A DNA stretch of 64,000 bases from Methanotrichaceae archaeon (GCA_963748825.1 CAVVKN010000023.1:128001-192000), one strand, 5' to 3'. Shown: positions 51,795-62,026, numbered from the stretch's first letter. Notes: generated by a model not told the origin, from the letters alone. Numbers and translations are program-made.

Positions 51795-52553
51795 CTACCT
51801 GCGAATGGATTTTGTCAACTCAAAGACAAAAGAGGTGACGTCTTGGCTCTTCTCCACGCCAGTTCCTGTGACAATCAAGTCTGCGCCGGCGGCTACCAGC
51901 TCTGCCGCTGCGTCGCCGCAACGTATCCCGCCACCAACTATGAGCAGGACGTCTCCGAGAAGCTTCTTGACCAGGGCCACCATGCCAGCAGGCACGGGAG
52001 AGTCTGCACCTGACCCCGCCTCGAGATACACCATTCTCATGCCCATGAATTTGGCAGACAGGGCATAGGCGGCAGCCAGCTCCGGCTTTCTTCGCGGTAT
52101 GAGGCGGGCATCGCCCACAAAGCCCACTGTGCCGCCCGGCTCAATGATGATATAAGCCATGGGTATGGGCTCCAGACCGTAGCGCAGGATCAACGGAGCA
52201 CCAAGCGCCTGGTTTTCCACGATATAAGCAGGGGAACGGGAGTTTAACAGGCTCATAAAAAAGACAGCATCGGCATTTTCACATAGGCCGGCTACGCTGC
52301 TGGGAAAGAGAATTACCGGCAGATCGGTCTTCTCCTTGATCTCTCGCACCGTCTCATGAAGAAGAATTCCTGCCGCACCTACCGAGCCACCTACCATGAT
52401 GGCGTCAGTGCCACCTTTGGCCGCTGCTAGGGCCATAGCTGCAGCCTGCCTCGGGCTCTGGGAATCCGGATCAATCAAAGTGAGATGTCCGGCCCCGCGC
52501 TCGGCTACTGCGCCGGCCAGCAGCTTCTCGACTCTGCCCCTCTCAAACATCAT
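51795..52553 (-). CDS. Geranylgeranylglyceryl phosphate synthase
   Basis: TLIDPD, MVGGS, SLLNS, YLEAGSGA, VGGGIR. Confidence 0.93.
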   Translation of the reverse strand: MMFERGRVEKLLAGAVAERGAGHLTLIDPDSQSPRQAAAMALAAAKGGTDAIMVGGSVGAAGILLHETVREIKEKTDLPVILFPSSVAGLCENADAVFFMSLLNSRSPAYIVENQALGAPLILRYGLEPIPMAYIIIEPGGTVGFVGDARLIPRRKPELAAAYALSAKFMGMRMVYLEAGSGADSPVPAGMVALVKKLLGDVLLIVGGGIRCGDAAAELVAAGADLIVTGTGVEKSQDVTSFVFELTKSIRR

Positions 52554-52703
52554 TTAAGCGGTCTTGTTTTCCTTGGACTTCATCCTCAGTCCTTTGTAAC
52601 CGCACTTGCGGCAGCGAGTCGCTCTTACGGGATTTCGTGCGTTGCAGCTCATGCATATCTTGAGATTCAAGATTCTATTTTCTGCTTCTGGAAATCTAGC
52701 CAT
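52554..52703 (-). CDS. rpl40e: 50S ribosomal protein L40e
   Basis: MARFPEA...[26 protein letters not shown]. Confidence 0.95.
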   Translation of the reverse strand: MARFPEAENRILNLKICMSCNARNPVRATRCRKCGYKGLRMKSKENKTA

Positions 52704-52754
52704 AATTTTATCGCCTTTATTTACTCTGATATGAAACTTTCCATAATTAAATAG

Positions 52755-52903
52755 CGCCGGGGTTGGGATTTTCCTGAGAGAGCTATCGCGCCCCGCCATT
52801 TTGAACCCAAGCGTCCCTGGAAGGGACAACAGGTCTCGAGCCTGCCGCGTATGAACTCCCGCCGCCCAAAAGCAACAGAAATTGTCCGCTCTGCCACCCC
52901 GGC
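52755..52903 (-). tRNA. tRNA-Ser(CGA) with two non-canonical introns (52881-52851 in the D-loop; 52799-52769 in the T-loop at 59/60)
   Basis: Removing both 31-nt inserts gives GCCGGGG/CCCCGGC acceptor, GCAGG-CT-CGA-GA-CCTGT, long variable arm, TTCAAAT T-loop and G73; both inserts form BHB-like motifs. Confidence 0.88.
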
Positions 52904-52985
52904 CCTTGCAATTCTCCGTCTGACCCATGCTTTATATCTGTTGCTCCTCCCTAGTAGCCGCAGGATCCTAAATTCAGGTGTTGTT

Positions 52986-54227
52986 ATGTCTCTTAGAGAT
53001 GATGCATTAGCATTTCATAAAGATGCCAGGGGCAAGATTGCCATCCACAGCAAGGTCCCTTGCGCTACCGTGCGTGACCTCTCCTTAGCGTACACTCCGG
53101 GCGTTGCCGAACCCTGTCGCGAGATTGAGAAGAATCCAAACGACGTTTATGAGTACACCGCCAAGGGCAATATCGTGGCCGTGGTAACAGACGGAACTGC
53201 GGTCCTGGGCCTCGGCGATATTGGTCCCTTGGCTTCCATCCCGGTTATGGAAGGAAAGGCCATTTTGTTCAAGAACTTCGCCGGCATAGATGCCTTTCCC
53301 ATAGCCATAACCTCCAAGGACCCTTCCGTCATCGTGGATACAGTTGCCAGAATAGAGAGCGTCTTTGGCGGAATCAACCTGGAGGACATAAGCGCACCTC
53401 GCTGCTTTGAGGTAGAGGAGCGGCTCAAGAAGATCCTGTCGATACCAGTCTTTCACGATGACCAGCACGGCACCGCCGTGGTCGCCCTGGCCGCGCTCAT
53501 CAATGCCCTCAAGGTGGTAGGCAAGAGCTTTGATCAGGTACGCGTGGCCGTGAGTGGAGCTGGCGCGGCGGGCATCGCCGTTACCAAATTTCTCTACAGC
53601 TTTGGGGTAAAGGACGTCATACTCTGCGATAGCCGGGGAGTGATCCACACCGGCCGGCCCGACCTCAACCCATCCAAAAAGGAGATCGCCCGGACGACCA
53701 ATCCCCGTAATGTTACGGGCACGCTTGCCGACGCCATTGCCGGAGCGGACGTCTACCTGGGCCTGTCAGTAGCGGGCATTGTAACTCCCGCTATGGTAAA
53801 GAGCATGGCCTCCGGCGCAATCGTCTTTGCCATGGCTAATCCCGTGCCCGAGATCATGCCCGATCTGGCCTTGCAAGCTGGAGCGCGAGTTGTAGCCACC
53901 GGCCGATCCGATTTCCCCAATCAGGTAAACAATGTGCTTGGCTTCCCGGGGATCTTTCGCGGAGCCCTGGATGTGCGGGCTTCAGACATCAATGAGGCCA
54001 TGAAGGTCGCAGCTTCGCGGGCCATTGCCGACCTGGTAGAGAACGTATCCGAGGAGTGCATCATTCCCTCACCACTGGACCGAAGAGTCGTTCCCGCCGT
54101 CGCCGCAGCCGTCGCTCGCGCCGCCATAGAAACGGGCGTGGCGCGCGTTCCGATGGATCCAGCCGAGGTGGGAAGACGAGCGGAGGCATTGGTAAAGAAT
54201 CTGGAGAGAAACGCTTGCTCTCCATAG
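52986..54227 (+). CDS. NAD(P)-dependent malic enzyme
   Basis: AYTPGVA, DGTAVLGLG, MEGKA.LFK, NLEDI, FHDDQHGTA, GAGAAG, ATGRSD.PNQ.NN. Confidence 0.95.
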   Translation: MSLRDDALAFHKDARGKIAIHSKVPCATVRDLSLAYTPGVAEPCREIEKNPNDVYEYTAKGNIVAVVTDGTAVLGLGDIGPLASIPVMEGKAILFKNFAGIDAFPIAITSKDPSVIVDTVARIESVFGGINLEDISAPRCFEVEERLKKILSIPVFHDDQHGTAVVALAALINALKVVGKSFDQVRVAVSGAGAAGIAVTKFLYSFGVKDVILCDSRGVIHTGRPDLNPSKKEIARTTNPRNVTGTLADAIAGADVYLGLSVAGIVTPAMVKSMASGAIVFAMANPVPEIMPDLALQAGARVVATGRSDFPNQVNNVLGFPGIFRGALDVRASDINEAMKVAASRAIADLVENVSEECIIPSPLDRRVVPAVAAAVARAAIETGVARVPMDPAEVGRRAEALVKNLERNACSP

Positions 54228-54236
54228 ATTCTATAC

Positions 54237-56558
54237 TCATGATTTTTTCGAACAGGGACAGGTCTTTTTGCCCTGTCCCGTCTTTTCTGCTTTTGTCGCT
54301 GCAGAAGGGTTGTCCTTTGAGCGGCGGGATGCATCATAAATTCTCACATTTTTGGTAGTGGACCAGGGCGATACAGCTTCATTGCTGTCTGTGGCCATGA
54401 CCCGGACCGAATATGTTCCGGCCTGGCTCCAGGTATGCGAAACGCGCCCAGAAGTTCCCGAATTTACCAGATTGGTCTGCGAGGTACTGCCGTCGCCCCA
54501 GTCGAAGGTATAGAAGATCTGGTCTCGATTGGAATCCGTAGTATAGCCTGTAAAGGAATAGGACTTGCCCACATAGCCAGATGCGACCCCCTTTGGAGTG
54601 GAAGGCTTTTTAGGGGGGATGTTAGCGGTTATCCTGACCGCAAGATATGTTGACCAGGCGGACTGACCACCCCTTCGATCTGTGGCCTTAGCCCGCACAT
54701 AGTATGTACCAGATCGCTGCCAAGCGTGAGATAAGCTGATCTTCTCCGCAGATTTCGCGAACTCTGTCACCGACGAGCTTTCATCTCCCCAGTCGAAGGT
54801 AATCTGGACATCATCGCCATCCGGATCAATCGCTGAAGCTGTGTAACTGTAAGATTTCTGCAAAATGCCTGATGTAGTACCTTGGGACTTGGCAGGCTTC
54901 GAAGGCAGCCGATTGGCGGCAGCAATGGTGACGGGAAGAGCTGCTGACCATTGGGATGAGGCTCCTTTGCTGTCTGTAGCTTTAGCCGTTACCTGGTAGG
55001 TTCCCGCCCGGCTCCAGGTGTGCGTGGCCGCCCCCGGGCCGGAAGTGATCAGCCCGGTCTCCGAAGTGAGGCCATCTCCCCAGTTGAAGGTGAACTTGAC
55101 CGGATCTCCTTCGGGATCGGCAGCTGAAGTGGTGTAGCCTAAGGAATTAAGGATGGACCCCTGCACGGGGCCCTGAGGCTGAGAAGGCATTTGCGGCGCA
55201 TTGTTTTCGCTATCGTGATAGCTCATATCCAGAGTCATCCAGTAGAAGGCATATCCTAGACCGCTGTAGGCACAATCGTAATTCATGTCCATATTCATGC
55301 GGAAGAGGCCAGCCGGTCGCCCTGTCGTCGTTCCCCAGCTATTGAGCATGATCCAGTAGCGGTTATTGGGATCTGTATCATCATAGCCCACGCAGAGAAC
55401 GGCATGCCCGCCTCCGCTCTGATAGTTATACGACCTTCCTGCAGCAAAGTCCGGCTGCCATAAGGCGCTCTCCGGCTGCGTGCCCCAGAAGCTAAAGAAG
55501 TTGTTCCAGGCATTACTATCCGGCAAAAAGTAGCCAAACCATATGCCTTTGCCCTGCCCAAGGACGTTCTTGATGTTGGAGATGGCGGCCTCTCTTGCCA
55601 GTCCGTGTGAGGGAACGGTACTGGTGGAGATGGTAGTCAGATCATAATGGGGATCGGTGGATATGGTGGAAGCGGGAACTGCAGAACATGCGCCGCAGCC
55701 CTGACCGCCATCACGATAACGGGCGTTGGCGTTGGACCAGGGAACGATCATGCCCTTCGCTCTGTAAAAGCTAGCAAGACCCTCCAGCCAGCCGCCGCAG
55801 CAGGCTCCCGAGCCGCCGCAGCCTCCGTTGTAGTTGGAATCAAGGTACTGAACGGAGAAGCGATCGGATGCGCCCATCTGTCGGGCGTAATCGATCTCCA
55901 TCACGCCGGTTCCTGCCCAGGCCCAGCAGTTGCCGCAGCTTCCCTGATCACGCTCGGAGGGCGTGTATTCGATCTGGTCCAGCAGGCTGACGGAAGCGGC
56001 AGGCGCGGCTGCCATCCGTGCTGCAATCTCAGGGCTGAGGTAGGCCTTGGCAGAAGCATTGTACTGCCCCGTCCATAGGCTCGCATCTTCTAGCGTGGGG
56101 CGCATGACAGGATATTCCCGAGCGGGGAGAGAGGCAGTGAGATTGGCTGGGGCGAAAAAGCCATAGTCCAGACCAAAGCCGGGCTTATCGGCGAGCGTCA
56201 CTTCATAGTAGCCGGCTCCGGGAGCTGTCTGATTGCTGCCGGGAAACGGATCTACCCTTAGCTTGTAGTGGCCAGGGGAGAGATTGACGAAGAGGTACTG
56301 CCCCGATTCGTTGGTGGTAGTGTTCGAGATTTCAGTTCCATCCAGGATCAGCCGGATGGTCCTATTCTCGAGACCGATCTCACCGAGCGAGAAGAAACTG
56401 TCGCCATTCGTATCCTGAAAAGCGGTGCCGTTCAGGGAAAGGCCCGCCGCATCCGGTGAGAAGGAAAGAGCATCAGCGCCGGCTGCTATCAGCGAGGCTG
56501 ATAATAAGAAGAACAACGCGGTCAAGCAGAAGAAATGTCTTTGGGATTGTTGAATCAT
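54237..56558 (-). CDS. Secreted C1A (papain-like) protease with an SdrD-B-like domain and three PKD domains
   Basis: Signal peptide; QGSCGNCWAW, GHAV..VGY, NSWG; three F.WGD...H.W...G.Y repeats. Confidence 0.9.
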   Translation of the reverse strand: MIQQSQRHFFCLTALFFLLSASLIAAGADALSFSPDAAGLSLNGTAFQDTNGDSFFSLGEIGLENRTIRLILDGTEISNTTTNESGQYLFVNLSPGHYKLRVDPFPGSNQTAPGAGYYEVTLADKPGFGLDYGFFAPANLTASLPAREYPVMRPTLEDASLWTGQYNASAKAYLSPEIAARMAAAPAASVSLLDQIEYTPSERDQGSCGNCWAWAGTGVMEIDYARQMGASDRFSVQYLDSNYNGGCGGSGACCGGWLEGLASFYRAKGMIVPWSNANARYRDGGQGCGACSAVPASTISTDPHYDLTTISTSTVPSHGLAREAAISNIKNVLGQGKGIWFGYFLPDSNAWNNFFSFWGTQPESALWQPDFAAGRSYNYQSGGGHAVLCVGYDDTDPNNRYWIMLNSWGTTTGRPAGLFRMNMDMNYDCAYSGLGYAFYWMTLDMSYHDSENNAPQMPSQPQGPVQGSILNSLGYTTSAADPEGDPVKFTFNWGDGLTSETGLITSGPGAATHTWSRAGTYQVTAKATDSKGASSQWSAALPVTIAAANRLPSKPAKSQGTTSGILQKSYSYTASAIDPDGDDVQITFDWGDESSSVTEFAKSAEKISLSHAWQRSGTYYVRAKATDRRGGQSAWSTYLAVRITANIPPKKPSTPKGVASGYVGKSYSFTGYTTDSNRDQIFYTFDWGDGSTSQTNLVNSGTSGRVSHTWSQAGTYSVRVMATDSNEAVSPWSTTKNVRIYDASRRSKDNPSAATKAEKTGQGKKTCPCSKKS

Positions 56559-57050
56559 TTTTACACACCATATATATTTAGACTGAATTGAAATATAAAG
56601 TTTTGCTGAATGTTATAGCTCTGCAAAAACAGGCCATCAGGTATTAAGCCCCGGGCATTGAAAGAGTGGATGGGTGATTTTCGTGAAGAAGAAGGCAAAG
56701 AGAGGGGAAAAGGATCAGGGCGAGATGAGGAAGAGGCTGGAGAATAGCTTGCCCTGGAGCTTATCACGATGGTTGGCAAAGATGTGGCGGAAAAGAAAGT
56801 GATAATGTCAGGTTTTTATGCTGCCTCTTAAGGTCAAACTGATAGGATATTCTTTCAAGCAGACGGCCCAGAAGATAGTGTTTTTTGCAGGCGCATATTG
56901 CACCGATCACGCAAAGCATCAGCCAGCCATCCCTATTACCAAGCCAGGAAGAGGCCAGGGCTAAGATCTGGCGGCGATTCTGGAGATGAGGAGGAATAAT
57001 CATAATAGACATATTTAAGTTATATAATTCAAGTGTATCGACTTAGCCCT

Positions 57051-57352
57051 ATCTCCTCTCCCTCATCTTGAAGGAAGGAGAGATAAGTTGGAGCGAGTGG
57101 TTCTCAGCAGCATGATCTTAAGACTAAAAAATCCTTAATTTTTCCACCACCGCTCTTGTCACATCCGCCGTCCCACTGTCCCGCCCAAATCCGGCGTCCG
57201 CGCTCCCCCGACCAGAGCATTTTGCACCGCTGCTTCGATCCGGCGCGCCTTTTCCGGCTCTCCCAGCCACTTCATCATCATGGCTGCACTTCTGATAGCA
57301 TCCACAGGATTGGCTATGCCCTTTCCAGCGATGTCCGGCGTACTGCCGTGGA
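57051..57352. repeat. Diverged duplicate of 57852-58153 (hicA 3' end plus aksF 3' end)
   Basis: Direct alignment by eye; the minus strand encodes [15 protein letters not shown]...RTPDLGG. Confidence 0.85.
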
Positions 57353-57444
57353 ACAAATTGAAAGTTTGCCACCGTTGAGGCAAAATGCCTCGCATCGCAT
57401 CAGGATCAGTGTTAAATCCTTTCAGCACCCAATAAAACCGCTAT

Positions 57445-57699
57445 ATGTTCGCAGAGTATGTCGCAGCTGCCTTAGAGCGAGCGAAATATAAAACTCTCGA
57501 AGACGGCACTTATGCTGCAACCGTAGAAGGGCTTCGGGGTGTTATCGCGATAGGCGATACCATTGAAGAATGCAGAAACGATCTCATCGGAGTAATTGAC
57601 GGCTGGATCGCCTTGAGGCTGCGCATGGGCCGGACCATTCCACCCATAGGCCGCCTTACGATTGACGTATCCACGGAGCCGGTTGCCATTGTCGAATAG
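57445..57699 (+). CDS. hicB: HicB family antitoxin
   Basis: 'Y.A....L.GV...G.T.EEC...L...I..WI......G..IP'. Confidence 0.85.
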   Translation: MFAEYVAAALERAKYKTLEDGTYAATVEGLRGVIAIGDTIEECRNDLIGVIDGWIALRLRMGRTIPPIGRLTIDVSTEPVAIVE

Positions 57700-57922
57700 G
57701 CTTATACCTATTTCACGACGAGAATTGATCAGGTGACTGAGGAATTTGGGGTTTGAAGGACCATATCCTGGTTCCGGCCATGATTATATGGTCAAGGATG
57801 ATGCTTATGTTTCGATCCCAAATCCGCACCATGGTGGAAAAATCAGTGTGGATCTCCTCTCCATCATCTTGAAGGAGGGAGAGATAAGTCGGACCGAGTG
57901 GTTCTCAGCAGCACGATCTTAA
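57689..57922 (+). pseudogene. hicA: HicA family toxin with an in-frame TGA at codon 16 (57734)
   Basis: SRRELIR*LRNLGFEGPYPGSGHDYM....VSIPNPH...ISVDLL..IL. Confidence 0.8.
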
Positions 57923-57924
57923 GA

Positions 57925-58902
57925 CTAAAAAATCCTTAAATTCTCCACCACTGCCCGGGTCACATCCACCGTCTTAGAACACCCACCCAGATCAGGCGTT
58001 CTGGCTCCCCCGGCCAGCGCATTTCGCACCGCCGCTTCGATCCGGCGCGCTTTTTCGGGCTCGCCCAGCCACTCCATCATCATGGCCGCGCTTCGGATGG
58101 ATCCCACGGGATTGGCGACGCCGCTTCCCGCTATGTCCGGGGCGCTGCCGTGGATGGGCTCGAAAAGGGCATGAGAAATGCCCAGGTTGGCGCTGGCGCA
58201 TAGACCGAGGCTGCCGATAACTCCCGCCGCCTCATCGCTCAAGATGTCCCCGAAGAGATTGGTGGTGACCAGCACGTCGAAACGTTTGGGATTCACCACC
58301 AGATTGTAGGCGGCGGCGTCCACCAGCATATCATCGCAGAGCACGCCCCGCCGCGCAGCTACGGCGCGGCAGGTCCCCAGGAAGAGGCGATCGCTTCGCA
58401 GCACATTGGACTTGTGGATGATGGTCAGCTTTCTTCTGCGACTGGCCAGGTCGCAGGCAATCTCCGCAATCCTCTCCGAGCCGGCCCTCGTTATCACCCG
58501 CAAGGTGCGCGACTCCTCCACCCCCACTTCCTCCAGACCCGAGTAAAGCCCCTCCGTGTTCTCCCGCACAATTATGAAATCAAGATCGTTGGACTGGAAA
58601 GGGCGGATATTTGCATAAAGGTCCAGCTCCTTTCGTATTCTGAGGAGCACACTTTTATAATTAGGATCAGGCGGCGTGCTGATCGCTCCAAAAAGAACGC
58701 AGTCGCACTCTTTGAAGGCCCCTAAATCCTCCTCGGCCATCGCCAGGCCCGTTCTCTTCCAGCGAGCCAGGCCAATCTCCACGGGGACCCGTTCAAACTG
58801 CGCGCCGACGGCGTCCAGCACCGCCAGAGCGCTCTCTATTACCTCGGGACCGATGCCGTCACCGGCAACTACGGCTACTTTCTTAGATCCTGCACCAGAC
58901 AT
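57925..58902 (-). CDS. aksF: Homoisocitrate/isopropylmalate dehydrogenase family protein (likely AksF)
   Basis: GDGIGPEV, RENTEGLY, HKSNV, NLFGDILSD, EPIHGSAPDIAG; linked to a YLRT-type small subunit. Confidence 0.7.
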   Translation of the reverse strand: MSGAGSKKVAVVAGDGIGPEVIESALAVLDAVGAQFERVPVEIGLARWKRTGLAMAEEDLGAFKECDCVLFGAISTPPDPNYKSVLLRIRKELDLYANIRPFQSNDLDFIIVRENTEGLYSGLEEVGVEESRTLRVITRAGSERIAEIACDLASRRRKLTIIHKSNVLRSDRLFLGTCRAVAARRGVLCDDMLVDAAAYNLVVNPKRFDVLVTTNLFGDILSDEAAGVIGSLGLCASANLGISHALFEPIHGSAPDIAGSGVANPVGSIRSAAMMMEWLGEPEKARRIEAAVRNALAGGARTPDLGGCSKTVDVTRAVVENLRIF

Positions 58903-59702
58903 CTTACCGCCTCCGCTATTCTAGCCGGCCCGTCTCCCCAATGAACCACCATGCCCGGCTGCCCGTTCTTGGAAGCTTTGCCACTCCGCTCGGAACGGCA
59001 GCACCGGGTGATAAAAGGCCCCTTTGGTTCAAAGATGGGCTCCGAACTGTGCAAGGGACATATATTGACAAACTCGAAATCTTTGCCAGGATTATTGGCC
59101 ATAAAGATCTCTCGCGAGACCTCGCACCCCACAATCCTGGGGTGCTCGTGCACCACCCTATCCGTGTCCAAAGAGCGCCCCAGGCCCGAGGCCCGGCAAG
59201 GGTAATAAACAGAGTTGCAATCAAATCGGCGCAGATCCAGAATATGAGGTACAAAACGTACCGTCAGATCGCCTAAGACGCCGCAGGCCTCCAGGCCGGC
59301 GAGAACGTGAACCAGCCAGGACGGATTGGGAGGCGAGACGTCCAAGACCTCGATGGTCAAGACCAGGGCAGGGTCGGGGTCCTTGACAAAGGTGATGTGC
59401 TCATCCAGACCCTTAAAGACGACAGTGTTCGCCTTCCCACTCCGGCAGATGCCGTCCGCCAGCTCTATGAGACGGGCCCGGTTCCGGGTGTCCACAATAT
59501 CAGGATAAAACATGATCTCCTGGCCTGAGGCGATCAGCTCCAGCTCTACCACGGTCCTCATGAAGCCTGAGCCGCTACTTTTGACATGGTAGAGACTGGG
59601 CCCATCCCGACTGATGAGATACTCCGTGGCAAAGTAGACGGATTCACCCCGCCGCTCCCGGTCCTTTATGCCCACAGACTTGTACTCGTCCGGAAAGATC
59701 AT
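58875..59702 (-). CDS. Conserved Cys-rich methanogen hypothetical protein
   Basis: Intact 275-aa ORF between aksE and aksF; PC..SG, GC..S, ICP, CCRSER. Confidence 0.75.
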   Translation of the reverse strand: MIFPDEYKSVGIKDRERRGESVYFATEYLISRDGPSLYHVKSSGSGFMRTVVELELIASGQEIMFYPDIVDTRNRARLIELADGICRSGKANTVVFKGLDEHITFVKDPDPALVLTIEVLDVSPPNPSWLVHVLAGLEACGVLGDLTVRFVPHILDLRRFDCNSVYYPCRASGLGRSLDTDRVVHEHPRIVGCEVSREIFMANNPGKDFEFVNICPLHSSEPIFEPKGPFITRCCRSERSGKASKNGQPGMVVHWGDGPARIAEAVRCLVQDLRK

Positions 59703-59706
59703 GCCA

Positions 59707-60186
59707 TCATGCCAGTCCTTTCTGCCGCCTTCGGTGCGCCACCAGGCCCCCGTCTTCCAGTATTTCCATCAGGAAATCAGGCAGCCTGGTGCCATTATAG
59801 ACTTTATCCCCCACGCGCACCGTTCCTTCCACAAGATCCACCACCACAGTTTCGCCCTTCTGGCAGGACACATCCGCCTCGATCAGAGCCAGCCCTACAT
59901 TGATGGCATTTCTGTAGAAGATACGAGCAAAGGACCGGGCTACCACCACGGCCACGCCCGCCCCCTTCAAGGCACGGGGTGCCTGCTCGCGCGACGAGCC
60001 GCTGCCGAAGTTTCTGCCCGCTACAATCACATCGCCCTTCTGCACCTGGGATGCAAATTGCGGGTCTAAGCCCTCCATGGCATGCTCCGCCCAGAGCCTC
60101 GCGTCTTTTGTGCGCAGGTACTTGCCGGGGATGATCACATCTGTATCTACATCGTCTCCAAAGACCCAAGCCTTGCCACTGATCAT
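59707..60186 (-). CDS. aksE: Homoaconitase / isopropylmalate isomerase small subunit (HacB/AksE type)
   Basis: DTD.IIPG.YLRT loop (homoaconitase type), [19 protein letters not shown]. Confidence 0.75.
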   Translation of the reverse strand: MISGKAWVFGDDVDTDVIIPGKYLRTKDARLWAEHAMEGLDPQFASQVQKGDVIVAGRNFGSGSSREQAPRALKGAGVAVVVARSFARIFYRNAINVGLALIEADVSCQKGETVVVDLVEGTVRVGDKVYNGTRLPDFLMEILEDGGLVAHRRRQKGLA

Positions 60187-60463
60187 GATTTTCTTATCCC
60201 CTATCGCATTTTATATTGGCATTTCCCGCATAATACTTTTTGCATCACTTTCGCCCCGCTCGGCTATCCTTCATCTTTCTCAAGACGATCATCTCCATGA
60301 TGTCATCTGCTTTATAATCATCTTCTTTATGGGAAGCTAATTATGGGGGCATTATTAGCAGACTATTTGTATCATATACATACTTTTATTAGTTCATAAA
60401 ATGATTTACTGCTATCATTTAATCTGGAAAAGTATTTATTCTTACACGCACTAGATAGCTGCT

Positions 60464-60667
60464 ATGGCAGGAGTTTTCGCACAGCTAGGGTGGCCCTTGC
60501 ACAGGAGGCAGAGAATAGAGCGGCTGGTCTTTCCCAGAAACAGCTTGGACAGAAAGGCCCTGGAGCTACAAACCGCCAAAGAGATCCTGGAAGAGGTCTT
60601 CGGCACCACCTCAGCCGATGTGGAGGAGATGATCATGCTGCGCCTGGCGGAGCAAAAGGCCCTTTGA
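60464..60667 (+). CDS. Small hypothetical protein
   Basis: GC-rich ORF with AT-rich flanks and an upstream TATA-like sequence. Confidence 0.45.
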   Translation: MAGVFAQLGWPLHRRQRIERLVFPRNSLDRKALELQTAKEILEEVFGTTSADVEEMIMLRLAEQKAL

Positions 60668-60806
60668 GATCTATTTTTGAGGATTCTAATCGTATTGTAC
60701 TCAAATCATATTGTGCCATTTATCAGAATTTATTTTAATTGATGTATTTTTTAGAGGGCATGCCCATCAGGCAAATCTGAAATATCTTTAGCTCCTATGG
60801 ACAATC

Positions 60807-61409
60807 ATGATACTCGGCATATCCGGCAGTCCCAGGAATATGGCCACGGAACATATCCTGGGAGAGGCCCTCAAGATGCTGGAGGAGAAGGGCCTGGAGA
60901 CGGAGCAATTCACCATGCGAGGCAAGCATATCAGCCCCTGCCGGCACTGCGACTATTGCCTCAAAAACAAGGAATGCATAGTCAAAGACGATATGTACCA
61001 GCTTTATCCCCTCATCAGGGAGGCGCAAGGATTTGTTATCGCCACGCCGGTCTATAACGGCAGCATGAGTGCTCAGACCAAAATAGTAATAGACAGAACA
61101 CGTGCCACACTGGCAGCCGACCCAAAAGCTCTGCGGCTCAAGCCTGGCATGGCCATAGCTGTGGGAGGCGACCGCATGGGCGGCCAGGAGCTGGCCGTGC
61201 AGCAGATCCATACCTTTTACATTCTCAACGGCATGATCCCGGTAAGCGGGGGATTTTTTGGCGCCAACCTGGGAGCAACATTCTGGTCTCGCGATACACT
61301 GGAGGGGGTAATGTTGGACGAAGAAGGCTTCCGCACACTTAGAAAGACGACAAAGAGGTTCGCCGAGACCGTGGTACGTCTGGAGAAGATGATGGGACAG
61401 GAAAAATAA
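60807..61409 (+). CDS. Iron-sulfur flavoprotein (Isf/flavodoxin family)
   Basis: SGSPR, C..C..C.....C, TPVY.G, GGQE. Confidence 0.9.
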   Translation: MILGISGSPRNMATEHILGEALKMLEEKGLETEQFTMRGKHISPCRHCDYCLKNKECIVKDDMYQLYPLIREAQGFVIATPVYNGSMSAQTKIVIDRTRATLAADPKALRLKPGMAIAVGGDRMGGQELAVQQIHTFYILNGMIPVSGGFFGANLGATFWSRDTLEGVMLDEEGFRTLRKTTKRFAETVVRLEKMMGQEK

Positions 61410-61453
61410 TTATCATGAAAAAGACTAAGTGACTGCAGGGACAAGTGATTACT

Positions 61454-62026
61454 ATGGCAAAGGATAGTATCAAGAGGAAGATCGCCTGGGGGATCACGGG
61501 CAGCGGCGACCGCATTGAGGAGACGGTCGAGGCCATGATAAAACTGCAAAAGCAATACGACGATGTGGTGGATGTGCGCGTTTTCGTATCCAAGGCAGGC
61601 GAGCAGGTCATCAAGTACTACAAGCTCTTCAACACCTTAGAGAAGCACTTTGATAAGGTCTGGGTGGAGATCAACGCCAACTCTCCCTTCCTGGCCGGCC
61701 AGTTGCAGGTGAAGCGCTATGAGTTTTTGCTGCTGGCACCCGCGACATCAAATACCGTGGCCAAGATCGCATTGGGCCTGGCAGACTCGCTGCTCTCCAA
61801 CGCAGCCATCATGTCCCAGAAGGCATTCGTTCCCACATACATCATGCCCTGCGACTATAAGCCCGGAATCATAACTACCATTCTCCCGGACGGCAGCGAG
61901 ATGCGGCTTCGCATCCGAAAAGAGGACGCACAGCATGTAGAGAGTCTGCGCCAGATGGAAGATGTCTTCGTCATCGAGAAGCCCTCCGAGATTGCAGGCA
62001 TCTTCGAGAAGCATTTCTCAGTCTGA
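61454..62026 (+). CDS. afpA: Archaeoflavoprotein AfpA
   Basis: AWGITGSG, 'NANSPFLAG', PATSNTVAKI..G.AD.L, 'R.R.ED'. Confidence 0.88.
   Translation: MAKDSIKRKIAWGITGSGDRIEETVEAMIKLQKQYDDVVDVRVFVSKAGEQVIKYYKLFNTLEKHFDKVWVEINANSPFLAGQLQVKRYEFLLLAPATSNTVAKIALGLADSLLSNAAIMSQKAFVPTYIMPCDYKPGIITTILPDGSEMRLRIRKEDAQHVESLRQMEDVFVIEKPSEIAGIFEKHFSV

Noticed and set aside
52554-52985. N-terminal extensions of rpl40e and malic enzyme in the ORF track
   Set aside because: They run through the intron-containing tRNA-Ser; the real starts are 52703 and 52986
56561-57012. Short ORFs upstream of the PKD protease
   Set aside because: No recognisable family; cannot be supported from sequence alone
57734-57736. 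Selenocysteine readthrough of the hicA TGA
   Set aside because: The position is not Cys-like (CGA-to-TGA is the simplest explanation), and I see no SECIS or Sec machinery in the window
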